A DNA stretch of 64,000 nt, from assembly GCF_001194135.2 (NCBI RefSeq), contig NC_068989.1, forward strand, positions 65,394,313-65,458,312, in the 5' to 3' direction. The stretch's first letter is position 1. Each line of letters starts with the position of its first letter. A program made the position numbers and the translations under genes. Under the pieces are notes generated by a model that had not been told where the DNA came from, searched no databases, and worked only from the letters and a program-made list of their open reading frames with translations. Source of the DNA: Octopus bimaculoides (lineage: Eukaryota). Of this stretch, positions 1 through 14,460 are shown one piece after another.

Positions 1-1249
1 AATCGGTTGATGCAGGATGTAGAAACTGCAACCTAGGTAACGTCTACTTCAAATTCCTATCTGATATATTCGAAGGTTCTCGTGTATCTTTCTATGGTCG
101 GGTAAAGCGTAGATCTCTTCTCTTTTCTTTAAAACTCAAGCTTAGCTGTGTAAAAATCTAAATCGGCTGTTACTTCCGCAGGCATAACAGGTGAACTTTT
201 TTTTCCCATCACCACAAGTCAGATTGCGTTCACGCTGTTGTCATAAAAGTAAACATATGACTTGAGACCATTGCGAACTAGATAGAAAGACAACGCGTGT
301 CTGTTCACGAATGAAAGAAACATGTGTTTGAATTTCGATAAAAAGGAAGAGGATTCCATATGTGCCTACAAGACCAAAACAGCGACTAAAGTGAACGCTG
401 GTAGAAATGCGTCATGTATTGTTCTTTATCAAACAGAACATGGCATATAAAAATGTGTATAGGTCTTTAAAATTGAAGACGAGGATAGTTAACAGGCGGA
501 GTTTGTACCGCAGATATGGATTAGTGCGTGTGATCTTTTTATGGCAGTTGAATGAATTTCAGCTTTCTGACAAGTGATCTTTGCAAATTAGTTGTTGCTG
601 AAAGGTACAGATTTTGTTTTCAATACCTCTGGCTATAAAAGTGTGAACTTGTATAACTGATATTGCTTCTGTTTCTATTTTCAATCTACTTTTTTTTAAT
701 ATTATTATTACCAAGGTTTTGCAAATTATTAGGAAGAGTATTTTCTGTTGCAATGTTTGCGTGTCGTCTATCTTCACGAGCTCCCAATAGACGCAAACAT
801 AAAATCTCAATTAAGCAATGTTTGTAAGGGTAAAATATGTGAAATATTTACAAGATTAAGTGTTATTTCACACTGCAATTTAACGGGGTTGATAAGCAGT
901 CAAAATTATTTTATTGCCAAAATGGCATGAACAATTTCATTTGATTTAACCATTTAACACTTAAAACGGCTATATACAGCACGAATATTTTACGTGTTTT
1001 ATGTTAAAACTAACCAGATCCAGTCCCCCACACCTACCTTGTAATGTCATTATTAATATAAACAATCCCATCATCGACATATTGAAGCTATAAAATAATG
1101 CAAAAGAATATGAATGCTTAAGTTTCGTAGTAAACTAGGCAGAAGAACCCATTCATTCAAATAATATTAACATCAACAGCAGTAAAAGAAGCGGTAGTAG
1201 CAAGAGTAACAACAATAATGGTATCTCATAGAAGCTCCATTCCACCAAC

Positions 1250-1625
1250 TTTGCAGAGAAATGGACACTGATAATTGACTACGACTTTAATCTATCAACC
1301 CCGAATGGGTAAAAAGAACAGTCTGGGACGACGGCTTTGAATTCAGAGCATAAAGAGCCAGGAGGAATGCCGCAAAATATTTTGTCCGACGAGCTAACGA
1401 TTCTGTCGGCATCTCTCTGCATTACAATAGTAACAAAAAAACAAAGCCTGAGAAGTGCCGAGGTGAGACTAGTCGATTACATCGACCCTGTTCTTCAACT
1501 GGCACGTATTATATAGATCATGAAAATGAAAGTTGACTTAGATGGAATTTGAACTCAGAGCGTAAGGGGTGATGAAATATATCGATAAGCAATTTGCCCA
1601 GCGAGTTAAATATTCTGCCATTTTC
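1250..1625 (-). mobile_element. Two diverged SINE family 3 copies
   Basis: ggaatttgaactcagagcgta...aatttgcccagcgagttaaatattctgcca and the upstream analogue. Confidence 0.6.
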
Positions 1626-1854
1626 AATTTTTAATGATACCATGACGAGGAAAATGATGGCAACAACAACGATGATGACGATGATAGTGATCAAGATTTT
1701 TTATCGTAATGTTGGGATACAAATCATACACACATAATCTCATCTTCACTATGTTGGAGAGGATGTTAAGTTCGGACTTTTCTAGTGATATTTATCATCT
1801 ACTAACTGTTTCATTCATTAGATTGCAGCCATACTTGGGCATGTAGTGTGTGTG

Positions 1855-1914
<60 letters not shown>

Positions 1915-4900
1915 CGTGCGCGCATTTATATGTATGTACACATTTATAAAGTTTAATGATTCTGTTTCAACTGAGCATCATCGGTTTGTCGGCAGCTTCT
2001 TATACTACTATAAGACCGCTCTCTGCCTTCAATTAAAAGTAATATACATATATAGCCGAGAATCAGTTATAAATGTTTCATAAACTGTGATATCAAATTT
2101 TACTGCTACATTGTTAAACACAGTGGTTTTAGTTGCTAATAAATTCCATTTAAAACCTGCGTGACTTTTCCACTAGAACTTTTAATATGCTACATACGGT
2201 GTGTTTCTATCCCACATTTTATACAATTGTATGTAAGCATGCATTATTAAATGACAATTGCATTTATACTTAATCACTGCCTTGGGAGAATCTAATATAA
2301 TCCCAAGTGTCACGTGCACATAAGTACAATAGAGCGGGAATGGGTGAGATGGAGATGATTGGACGATTGGTGTGGGAGAGATAAGGTAGGGGAGACAACG
2401 ATTTTACGAATTTCGTTTGCAGATTCGATGATTCATTATCACAGATGATATAGTGAAAGATAATATATATAGTTAAGGGTCACTTTAAGAGATCGTATCC
2501 GTTGTAATACAGCAGCCATCAGAATGTCGCTGCTGCTAGACGATAGCATGGCGCCTGTTTGTAAAATTCACATTAATATAGTACGTGAAAAGTAGATTCT
2601 ACATTAAGGAATGTCTTAAATTAACCAGTAATGAAATGCGAAATGAAACCGTGTATTTAAATATTAAGTAAATAATTTCGTTTTCTTTTCTCTTCTTTAC
2701 TTTTTACACGTGTGTGTGTGTGCGTATGCATATATATATATNNNNNNNNNNNNNNNNNNNNNNNNNNNNNNNNNNNNNNNNNNNNNNNNNNNNNNNNNNN
2801 NNNNNNNNNNNNNNNNNNNNNNNNNNNNNNNNNNNNNNNNNNNNNNNNNNNNNNNNNNNNNNNNNNNNNNNNNNNNNNNNNNNNNNNNNNNNNNNNNNNN
2901 NNNNNNNNNNNNNNNNNNNNNNNNNNNNNNNNNNNNNNNNNNNNNNNNNNNNNNNNNNNNNNNNNNNNNNNNNNNNNNNNNNNNNNNNNNNNNNNNNNNN
3001 NNNNNNNNNNNNNNNNNNNNNNNNNNNNNNNNNNNNNNNNNNNNNNNNNNNNNNNNNNNNNNNNNNNNNNNNNNNNNNNNNNNNNNNNNNNNNNNNNNNN
3101 NNNNNNNNNNNNNNNNNNNNNNNNNNNNNNNNNNNNNNNNNNNNNNNNNNNNNNNNNNNNNNNNNNNNNNNNNNNNNNNNNNNNNNNNNNNNNNNNNNNN
3201 NNNNNNNNNNNNNNNNNNNNNNNNNNNNNNNNNNNNNNNNNNNNNNNNNNNNNNNNNNNNNNNNNNNNNNNNNNNNNNNNNNNNNNNNNNNNNNNNNNNN
3301 NNNNNNNNNNNNNNNNAGTATCAATTTAATACCAGGGAACAAGCACATTATTCATAAGTTTAATTGCGACGCATAACATCTCCCCTCCTCTCTCTCTCCC
3401 CTCCTCTCTCTCTCTCCCCTCCTCTCTCTCTCTCCCCTCCTCTCTCTCTCTCTCTGTCCTTGTTTAGATGAGTGTGCTTGTTTGCATGTGTATGCGTGTG
3501 CTTGTGTATGTGTGTGCTTGCCTGTGCTTGTGTAAGTGCATGTATACGTATATACATAAACACGCATTCAAACACACTCATGTATATGCAAAGGACTCGA
3601 CTTTCTTACATATTCTTCGACAATTTGTGAGAAAGCGGATCTAGTTTTTTTCATTCGCAAAATATGCATTTTTCAAAAGGAAGTGAAAAATTTGAAAATC
3701 GGCTATAGTAATGTAGCTTTCCTGTCTCATTGCTTTGAACGTATCATGTTGTGGAGAAAAAAAAATTGGAGAAAAAAGTTACAGAGATTTAAAAATCGCA
3801 AAAAACTGGGTATTTTTTATCCAATAGTGAGACAGATATTTTCTGCGTTTAGCAGAGTGGTGTCAACCTGTAACATTTATAGTTTAGCGTCTGACCTATT
3901 CGTAGTAGGTTTCTAAATAAACAGAAATACATAATAAAATCAACATATATCATCTTACTGTTTCTTTTGTCTCTTCATTGATTGTATTTTTTTAATCATT
4001 GTAAAAAAATTGGTTATATTGATATATGTCTGGGTGTGTTTACTTTATGCGTATTTCAGTATTATGTATACCTGTCATGTATTTGTGTACATCATTAATA
4101 TATAAGTGCATGTGAGTGTGTGTGGTGTGTGAAAAGGGGGCGTCTGTCTCAAAAACCTCAAAGTTTAGTAACATTTTCATGCTTGGATTTGTAAACTACG
4201 ATAAGAATGGCACTGGTCAACAAAGAATTTGTCCCAAGGGAAAGAATACCTGTATCTTATGTCTTTGCTTGCAGAATTCAAAAATAATGTTAGATTATTT
4301 GTGTCACCCACAGTTTCTCTGTTCCGCGATATCCCAACTCCTAATTTAACATTTTTATTAACAGAATTAACCTAATGAAATCATAAATCCAGCTATCTGA
4401 ATTAATGAATCTCACCACCAAAAAAAAAAAAAGAAAAAAAAGTGAAATGAAAAATATGTAAAAATACTAGCACACAGAAAAAGCATAGAAAAATACATAC
4501 ACACAGAAGCACAGAAAAATATGTAATATACTAACACACAGAAAAGTTGAAACAAAACACGCGAGTGAAAAGAATCACGTGGTATGGAGATTCAAGTGTG
4601 GAAAATCAACATAGACAACAGCGACACAGACAACATTGAACCACAACACAGCGTGTGGTTGTCAAGACAACAAGCTGCTAATGCCACGCTGTCTGTTGAT
4701 TGGCTAAAATTACCCAAATTTCCCAATTTTAATGCCAAATAACATCAGATTCTTTAATTTACGAGATAAAGTAATTAGTTGATCGCAGGCAATATTCAGA
4801 GTTGCATCGAGATACCAACATTGAAAGCAATCTGAGCAAAATTAAGCGGGGTTCATTTTTGCGAATGAGAAACATTAGATTCGAGAAAGCTCAGCTAAAG

Positions 4901-5204
4901 TACTTGGTCACTTACTAATTCACTTTTGGAAGTCTATTACAGTCTTTGTCGTTGGAAGGGGGGGGGGGGCGAGAGCCGGACTTAAAATATACGAAGCTGT
5001 AAGACAGTATAGCCACTGTAAGATAGCATTTGTCACTTTAACACTAACTGTATAAACTCATAGAATATATATGTGCACGAGATGTGTGTATGTACGTTTA
5101 AGTATATGCGTGTGTTTATATACGCGTACAGATAAATATACACACATATACACATATATTTTCTGATTCGAAGTCAGACGCCTTGCCCACTAGGTCACGT
5201 GGCC

Positions 5205-5538
5205 GGAAGGCGCGTGGCTTAGTGGTTAGAGTGCCGGGCTCACAATCATGAGGTAGTGAGTTCGATTCCCAGACCGGGCTGTGTGCTGCGTTCTTGAGCA
5301 AGACTCTTTATTTCACGTTGTTTCAGTTCACTCAGCTGTAGAAATGAGATGCGACATCACTGGTGTCAAGCTGTATCGGCCTTTGCCTTTCCTTTGGGCA
5401 ACATCGGTGGCCTGGAGTGGGGAGGCGGGTATGTACAAGTCATTACTGGCTTTCCCTACACAACCTTGCCCGGACTTGTGCCTCGAGGGAGAACTTTCTA
5501 AGTGCAATCCCATGGTCATTCATGACTGAAGGGAGTTT
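5205..5538 (+). mobile_element. tRNA-derived SINE, family 1, full length
   Basis: A-box-like tggcttagtggttag and B-box gagttcgattccc, followed by a body shared with the copy at 61105-61410. Confidence 0.85.
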
Positions 5539-6869
5539 TTAAACATATATGATAATTGTTAGCGTCATAAGAATGTATAAACTTTCGAGAGAACGTGGAA
5601 TAGCTCATTTTTCGCAATGGTTCACGAAGTACATCAAAGCTATATATAATAACAGGTAAATACTGAATAGAAAACTGCTCTTCGACCTTCTCTGTTCAAC
5701 AGGCTTTTTCAACCCAATATTTACATGCAATTATTTATAGCTTTTTATATATTGCGACAACCAATTCCTACAAAGATTCATAAATTCGAAATGAATTAAA
5801 ATGAATATAACGATTACTAGGATGTGAGTGTGTTTGTAGGTTCCATAAATTCGTTGGTACGTGTAAGCATTAATGAGAGTAAAAGGTGTCGTGTGTATAT
5901 TTGGGAAAATAGATGTATGTACATACATATGTATGTGTATAAGTGTGAATAAGTGTATATGTATATATATATGCGTGCGTGTTCAAGTAAATTTGTTGGT
6001 TTAATAGCCTTTCTTAATGGCTTCAAAAACAACACAAATAAAGATCGTAAAAGTGATGCTATATGTCTAAAATTAAGTCTGCAGTGTGACAGAATTTAGT
6101 ATCCTGCTGTGTTGAAGATGTGAGAATATGTCATTAGTTTTCTTTGAAGTGGACCGTAAGAAGCACAACAGCTGGTTAATTAATAAAGTTTATTTATTTA
6201 TTTATTTATTTATTTTGCACTCTCATCCATAAATGTTTACCCTTCTTGGTGTGTTCTGCTACCAGCGCTGGCTTCACTACTAGTCAGGCTGAGATAAAGC
6301 AAGGTGTAACGGTATCGGTCACTCTCCTGACAGCTTCTTGGTCAAGCCTGTGAAAGTGGAGACCACCGGCGTTCTTGGCGCCCCCGGACCATATCCCTCC
6401 TCATCGCTATCAGGGTAGTGATGGCTGTTCGCAATTGTGACCCCGTGAGTCAGATTGGATGTTCCAGTGCATCTTCTACGCCATCCTCTAGGGGCAACGC
6501 CTTCTCCGTTTTGTCTGCTGGAATCATGAGGTGGTCTGACTTACAGGGAATTGTACGTTCCGCATCTTAACGTACCCCCCCCCCTAACACATACATCTAA
6601 CTACTTTATAATTTGGAGTCTCTTGGGCCAAAACAAATCCGATTTAGTTCTCCTCTTTTGATGTCAATGCAAACATCGAAATGATATCTATTTCTTTGTA
6701 TATATTATTCTCTGCCTACCAAATATCGCTCTCATACATCTCTTTCTCTTTTCACCCCCCTCTTTATACTTCTTTATCCTACACTTCCAACCGACGATGA
6801 TGTGTTTGCTGTTTAAGGTTCAAGGAGTATAATGTTCTTTTGTGCTATGCTTTGTTTCCCTTCTATTCT

Positions 6870-7310
6870 TTTATTCTTTTACTTGTTTCTTTTCACTGCG
6901 GCCATGCTGGAGCACCACCTTTAGTCGAACAAATCGACCCCAGGAATTATTCTTTTGTAAGCCTAGTACTTATTCTATCGGTCATTTTTTGCCGAACCGC
7001 TAGGTTACGGGGATGTAAACACCAGCATCGGTTGTCAAGCGATGGTGGGAGCACAAATACAAACAAATACAGACATACACACNNNNNNNNNNNNNNNNNN
7101 NNNNNNNNNNNNNNNNNNNNNNNNNNNNNNNNNNNNNNNNNNNNATATATATATACGACGGATTTCTTTCAGTTTCCGTCTACCAAATCCACTCACAAGG
7201 CATTGGTCGGCCGGAGGCTATAGGAGAAGACACTTGCCCAAGATGTTACGCAATGGGACTGAACCCAGAACCATGTGGTTAGGAAGCAAGTTTCTTACTA
7301 CACAGCCACC
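6870..7310 (-). mobile_element. SINE family 2
   Basis: Reverse complement of the 45221-45660 sequence. Confidence 0.85.
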
Positions 7311-7839
7311 CTTGTGCTTATTGTTTTTGTTTGTACTTTTTTCTCATATGATCTTTCTTGTGTGTAGAATGCTAAAAACAGAATTTCGATATAGGTATAT
7401 TTAATGAGGAAAATCAAAATCTGATCTGACAGAGATTTTTATTTTACTCAGCCGAGGAAATGCATATGCCATTATTGTTGAGTGATATTATAAACGTGAT
7501 GCTGATAATATATGTAACAGTTAGCAATAAACAGCAGGTAATGATGTGTTCAAAAAAATTTTGTGATATGTAACAAAGCATATTGAATGCTCTGAAATCT
7601 TTTGTCATACTTTCCATCCCATATTCCATATTCTCTGGATAATACATACATACGCACACACATGCATACGTACACACACACATACACTCACAGAGAAATA
7701 TCCTGTGGTCACGTGACCAAGCAGGCTATCAGAAGGCGTTACAAATCGCTGGTCACAATGCGCTTTTGCATTGTTGTAGCCTTTAAATGACGCCACACCC
7801 CTGGCTAGGCAAGCAGGCCAAAATTACCTCCTGACAGAC

Positions 7840-7873
<34 letters not shown>

Positions 7874-8329
7874 ATAGATATCGACACTTCAGCTTCTATT
7901 GCTACTTTATAGAAATCAGTCAAATCATGTATTGGCACATTGTTTAATAATCGAAGACCATTTTGTTGGTCCTATTGTTGCTAGTATTATGCTCACCCCC
8001 ACCCCCGCCAACATAACGCTATTATAGTAATTATACCCCTTTAATTCTTTCTAGATAATCATTAGTTCGATGACAGAAAATCACTATGAGTATACTTCAG
8101 TGAATAATAATTTATACCCACGACGAGCTACTGTTTTTTAAATGATTTTAACGAAGAGAATTCCCTGAACCATTTTTTAACGAATTTTGCTTTAAAGGGC
8201 CAAACAATTAATGTAAATGCATTAGAGGTCTCAGCATCGATTCAACTTATTGGGTTATGTCCTCTGATATTGCAATTCAACATCTGATAACGAACAACGT
8301 TAAATTTTAATTGCAGAGATAATTATTAG

Positions 8330-8745
8330 TATAGCCCTTCTTACTATAAGTACAAGGCCAAAAGGTTTCACATTTTGCCACATGGCTAGCAGTTTTAGGG
8401 GTTGAGGTTTAGTCGATTCCTTCGACTCCAGTGCTTATTTCATAGAACCCGAAAGGATGAAAAGCCATGACGACCTCGGTGATATTTGAACTCAGAACGT
8501 AAATTCGAAAGAAATACCATTAAGCATTTTTCTAGGCTGCTAACTAATCTCCCTCTTCGCCTCGTAGATAATCGTTAGTATAATATTGGTTTCAAATTTT
8601 GGTACAAGGCCAGAAATATCGACTCCAGTTTTCCACTGGTGTTTATTTTATCCATCCTGAAAGGATGAAAGGCAAAGTCGACCTTGGCGGAGAAGAAATA
8701 CCGTTAAGCAATTTTATGGCCTGTTAGCTATTCTGCCAGCTCGCT
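8330..8745 (-). mobile_element. Two adjacent copies of SINE family 3
   Basis: Each contains acaaggcc...gactccagt...gaaaggatgaaa..gtcgacct..ggcgg...ctgccagctcgc. Confidence 0.75.
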
Positions 8746-9104
8746 GCATTGATAATTGTTAGTATAATATTGACCGTTTGACCATAGCTTGTAACTAAGT
8801 CGATGATTTAAACGACTAGGTCTGACCCGCGAAGACAGAAACAAAGATAGACGGAAAGATTACATATAATGTTTTAATGATTAGAAAAGCGTAGAAAATG
8901 CAATGACAAATATTTTGAAAAGACATATAACTTACAAATCGGTGATTATAGCGCGATGCATTTTCTAAGGAGATTAAGTTATTCTTGTAATTAGAATTAT
9001 TATTGTAGTTGCATTGTTGCGATCGGTGGGGCTGGTACTGTTTGGGATGTTGATACTGGGATTATCGTATCTACAATATTTACAATATTCTGTGGTTTAT
9101 TCTT

Positions 9105-9367
9105 TTATTCTTTTACTTCTTTCAGTGATTTGACTTTGGCCATGCTGGAGCACCGCCTTAAGGGGTTTTAGTCGAACAAATCGAATCTAGGACTTATTCT
9201 TTGCAAGCTTGATAGTTATTCTATCAGTCTCTTGTGCCGAAACGCTGGACGTAAATACACCAGCATCGGTTGTAAGCGGTGGTGGTGGATGAACAAACAC
9301 AAAGACACAGTCACATAAACACACGCACTCACATACAGACACATATAAACACCTCTTACAAACATAC

Positions 9368-9427
<60 letters not shown>

Positions 9428-9555
9428 GATGGGCTTCTTTCAGTTTCAGTGTACGAAATCTACTCACAAGATTTTAGTCGTCTCGAGGCTATAGTACAAG
9501 ACACTTGCCCGAGGTGCCACGCTGTGGGACTGGTTGGGAAGTAAGCTTCTTATCA
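9105..9555 (-). mobile_element. SINE family 2
   Basis: Reverse complement of the 45221-45660 sequence, with an internal (TA)n. Confidence 0.85.
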
Positions 9556-11240
9556 CACGTCTACTTTCTTCTTTCCTTTTCTCCTCTTCTCTCTGCTGTA
9601 TACGTGTTGTAATACGTGTGTATACGACTCCATATGAATATTCACCCACATGGGTAGGAACGGACTCAACTTCAAGTTCATCTTCTCTGTCTGCTTTCCC
9701 CGTGCTCCAAGTTCCTCCACTGCACTGATGTTATATTGTAGCATAGATGGGGATGTGTATGTATGTATGTATGTATGTATGTATGTATGTATATACGTAT
9801 GTATGTATGTGTGTGGGTTAGGCTCTAAACACTATTCTTTGCAGTTTTTGCTAAACATTGAGTGTCAATTTTAAAATGATCATACTATTTTCTACAAATA
9901 CCTATGCGTTCCTACCAGTTAAGTTGTCGAAACCTGTGTATGTTACATAGACCATAAAATAAACATGATTTCTGTATTTGATTAATTCTATTACGCGGCT
10001 CACATTCCACACACTAGTCTATCCTGTGGCTTGAATTCCCGCGTCTTACCGCACTGGATATAGGAATGGATTGTGGGACGTTCTGCTGAACCCAAACTTT
10101 TAGTTACGTGTCGCGTTTTACAGCGCAAATATATTCTCTCTCTCTCACTCTCCCAGTAAATGTTGGTGTATTGTTGTGCTACTATCCTATATATTTATAC
10201 GTGTGTGTATGTATGTGAATTTGCACTCACATATACATACACGGAGAATGTCGTGTGGCATAAAATATGCCACACTATACTTCATTCAAAATTAGATCCG
10301 ATTTGACAGATAAATCATTCTTGAGAAATTATAGTAAAAGAAGCAGTAGGTGTGACAACCCAGTGCACAATATATATATATATATGTATATTTCCCGAAA
10401 TTTATTATTCAATATAACCATTGATTAAGAATGTGATCTGTGGGGGATTTGGTTCTGCTAATTTAAGCAGGTTGTACAATAATTTTATTGTAAACGCTTA
10501 GCAAATTTTGATATATCTGACGATGAATGTGATTAAGAAAGCTGCTTTAAAATCCTCAGAAACCATGTTCTCTTAATTTAATAAAACTAATGATTTGAGG
10601 CAAAACTCCGGATACGAAAAATATAAAATTGTATATAATACATAGAAACTATTAGATTTTAAATTAATTGTAAATATATGAGGTTGAATGAGTCGTTACG
10701 TTTTCACAACCACATTCTAATACATATAAAGTGTATATATTCACCGACACTGATTATCTATCTATCTATCTATCTATCTATTTGTATGTCTTTCTGTCTG
10801 TCTGCTTATCTGTCTGTCTGCCAAACAACGTACAGAATCAGAGTAATACAACAGTGAATAAATTCACCGCATATTATCCAACTCATGGGTATAGCGTTAA
10901 CTGTATGTATGTGTGTATATATCTAGGTAGATATTATGTTTCCTTAATTCAGCTATTAATGAGATCATTTGGAACAAGGAAGACTCAATAAATTTAAATG
11001 TAAAGCAGAAAATTACTTAGTAGTGGGCTCCAGTGATAGCAAAATCATAAAAAAAAACAGAAAAGAAAGTTTGAGTTGGAGTTAAGAATATAAAAGTTAC
11101 GTTGTTAGTAAGTCTATACTTATGCATACATTCATACCTATATAGAGACATAAATATCCACGTGCGCATGCGCACACACACGCACGGACACGCGCTCACA
11201 CATACATGCACGCACAAATACACACACACGCACACACACA

Positions 11241-11284
<44 letters not shown>

Positions 11285-11316
11285 NNNNNNNNNNATACAT
11301 ACATACATATATCCTC

Positions 11317-11363
<47 letters not shown>

Positions 11364-11486
11364 GTGTGTGTATATGTATATGGATTAAAAGAAGTATCCC
11401 AATTGCAGGGAGCTTAATACAATTTATTTTCTTCATCATCGTCGTCGCTGTCGTCATCATCTCCATCAGCATGAACAGAATCGTCG

Positions 11487-11518
<32 letters not shown>

Positions 11519-11792
11519 GTTATTATTATTTTTATTTATGTTATCGTTTTCATAGTTGTTGTGGCGATTGTCGCGTAGCATTAGCCATAATTTAACCTGT
11601 CTCGATATCGCAAATTATATAAGCAAAGCCATTAAATATACACATATAGATACAGATTTCGAGTATAAACACACGCACACACCTACACCGCCCCCAAACA
11701 CACACAGAGATACACAAACCCATACAAACTCTCTCTCACACGCAATCTAAATCAGACATACAGCATCAAATAAGTGCGCACACACAGGCAAA

Positions 11793-11824
<32 letters not shown>

Positions 11825-12382
11825 NNNNNNNNNNNNNNNNNNNNNNNNNNNNNNNNNNNNNNNNNNNNNNNNNNNNNNNNNNNNNNNNNNNNNNNNNNNN
11901 NNNNNNNNNNNNNNNNNNNNNNNNNNNNNNNNNNNNNNNNNNNNNNNNNNNNNNNNNNNNNNNNNNNNNNNNNNNNNNNNNNNNNNNNNNNNNNNNNNNN
12001 NNNNNNNNNNNNNNNNNNNNNNNNNNNNNNNNNNNNNNNNNNNNNNNNNNNNNNNNNNNNNNNNNNNNNNNNNNNNNNNNNNNNNNNNNNNNNNNNNNNN
12101 NNNNNNNNNNNNNNNNNNNNNNNNNNNNNNNNNNNNNNNNNNNNNNNNNNNNNNNNNNNNNNNNNNNNNNNNNNNNNNNNNNNNNNNNNNNNNNNNNNNN
12201 NNNNNNNNNNNNNNNNNNNNNNNNNNNNNNNNNNNNNNNNNNNNNNNNNNNNNNNNNNNNNNNNNNNNNNNNNNNNNNNNNNNNNNNNNNNNNNNNNNNN
12301 NNNNNNNNNNNNNNNNNNNNNNNNNNNNNNNNNNNNNNNNNNNNNNNNNNNNNNNNNNNNNNNNNNNNNNNNNNNNNNNNNN

Positions 12383-12413
<31 letters not shown>

Positions 12414-12709
12414 CATATATATATATTTATACATGTCTGTGTTTGTGTTTGTGTGTGAGTGATTTTCGGTGTGCGTCTCTGTGTGTATCTGAGTGAGTGT
12501 AGGTTTGTGCGTGTGTGAGTGCGCGCGTTTATGTGTTGGGCGAATATACTTGTACGTATGTGTGTGTTGATTATACATCCGTGTGCCTGCGTAAGTAATC
12601 TTATTTCCATATATAATTTTCTGTAGGAGACAGTTTGAATTACGGTTATTACTAGATGATAATGTGGTATGTATATTTAAATATATATAAATTTAAATAA
12701 AAAGATCTA

Positions 12710-13170
12710 TTGTGGCGGTGGGATAAGGAGTTTGCTTCCCAACTATGTGGTTCCTGGTACAATCCTCCAGGATTTTACCTTCAGCAAATGTCTTCTTCTA
12801 TAGCAGCGGGCCGACCGAGGCCTTCTCAGCGACTATCAAACTACGCTGCATTGGTTTCTCTGCTTAAATAGCGCTGAGACCCAATATGTAGGAAGGGCAT
12901 TATAATTTCTTTCCCTTAACAGATCCTAATATCAAAAATTCTTGATTCTTAACTCTGTGTGCGTGTGTGTGGGTGGGTGGGTGTGTTTGTGTGTGTGTGT
13001 GCGCGCGCGCATGTATGGTTTTCTTTGTTCCGCAGCACCACTTGACGACCGGTTTTCGTTTGTTCACGTAGCAGTTTGGACAAAACAACCGGCAAGTACC
13101 AGGATTAAGTACTTAGGGCCGTTCTTCTGACTAAAACTGACCTCTGTCCAATGACTGCAACAGTGAATGG
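12710..13170 (+). mobile_element. SINE family 2, diverged copy
   Basis: Degenerate head at 12710-12830 and tail at 13020-13170 around a TG tract. Confidence 0.55.
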
Positions 13171-13310
13171 TAAAAGATGTTTTTGAATTTGGACTTGTCT
13201 ACTTGTCTCTAAATATTTCTGATTCCGCATAGAAATAAATAAATAAATATATACATATATATAAACAATAATAAATATCTGAGCGAGCTATAAACAATAG
13301 CTGAACGACA

Positions 13311-13699
13311 TCATGAAGTATATTTGCCACTTAAATGTGGCTAACCCTTAAGGGCTGATGCTATTATAGCTTGTAGCCCCAAGAAGACATCTCCTCCTGT
13401 AGCCTATTGACACACTTTCTGTGCCCTATCAGTATTTGCAAAGGGAAGCCTTTGCCATCTCCAGCTTGAAGTGATACACTCGGACCCGAGTCATCAGTGT
13501 GTTACAATCACCGGTTGGCGATGGGAAGTGGTTCTCGTCAGTCTGGAGATGGGAAAGATGACTTCCTTTTGTAAATACTGATAGGGCACAGAAAGTGTGT
13601 CAATAGCCAGCGGGAGAAGATGTCTTCCTGGGGCTACAAGCTACAGTAGCATCACCCCTTAAGGCTTAGCCACGTTTATGCGGCGAACATACTTCACGA
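13311..13699. repeat. Fold-back (long inverted repeat) element, MITE-like, family A
   Basis: The arms are reverse complements, including a perfect 34-bp pair at 13404-13437 and 13573-13606 and the pair gtagccccaagaagacat / atgtcttcctggggctac. Confidence 0.85.
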
Positions 13700-13704
13700 T
13701 ATAT

Positions 13705-14410
13705 ATAACACTTCTCTCTTACGCCAAAGCTAACAAGAGGCTCTTTCAGCTGCCTCTCCCATTCTGCGTACAGCTGCACTTCGCTCCTTACCTCTCAGTC
13801 CAATTGCTGTAAGCATCATTCCATTCTGACTGAGCAGAAAATCCCCTACAGTCAACCTCAACTGGGAAAAGTCATACCTACCATCCCTTCTCCCTGCAAT
13901 TTTGCAGAAGGCTCTCATATCTGACACGCTTCTGTTCATGAGTCTCATTACACCACACTTCCCACGGGACTGTGAGTTCAATTACGATAATTTTCTTGAC
14001 CCTTTCAGACCACAGGACCACATCTGGACTCAGCGCTGTATGGACAATCTAGGGAAACTGCAATCTCTCACGTAAGTCCACTTTTATATCCCATGGCTGA
14101 GATCCTTGCAGTAAGCTATATATTGTTTTTGCTCACTTTACTGGTCTCTCTTCCTCTTTCACGAATTTATTTGATGCTGTTGTCTTCCCTTGATGATGAT
14201 GTTTCTTGCACCTGTTCTGCCCCAGGGTGTGAGCAAGTATTGCAAACAGCCTATCATGGCGCCAATTACATTTGTCTTGAGGGAGTGCTATTCTGCACTC
14301 TGCCAAGATGTATGCCAGAGTGCCTCTTTCTTCACAAAGTCTACACAACTGATCTTCCCTCAAACCCCATCTGTGCAGGTTTGTTGGCGTCAGAAGTGTC
14401 ATAAACCGCC
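13705..14410 (-). mobile_element. HERO-like non-LTR retrotransposon 3' fragment (CCHC knuckle plus restriction-like endonuclease), degenerate
   Basis: Minus-strand translation gives LTPTNLHRWGLREDQLCRLCEERGTLAYILAECRIALPQDKCNWRHDRL, then PD-VLWSERVKKIIVIELTVPWE...HEQKRVRY...FPVEVDCRGF and EAAERASC. This matches the C-terminus of RLE-type HERO elements, with stops and frameshifts. Confidence 0.85.
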
Positions 14411-14428
14411 CATGTATATATACATATA

Positions 14429-14460
<32 letters not shown>

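Noticed and set aside
4177-4339. Minus-strand frame GVGISRNRETVGDTNNLTLFLNSASKDIRYRYSFPWDKFFVDQCHSYRSLQIQA*
   Set aside because: Weak acceptor, no recognisable family, and it could not be linked to other exons.
5205-5280. tRNA-like A and B boxes
   Set aside because: These are SINE heads; there is no complete cloverleaf, so no tRNA gene is called.
13470-13500. CTGATGA followed by a hairpin on the minus strand in the fold-back loop
   Set aside because: No GAAA box follows stem II, so it is not a hammerhead.
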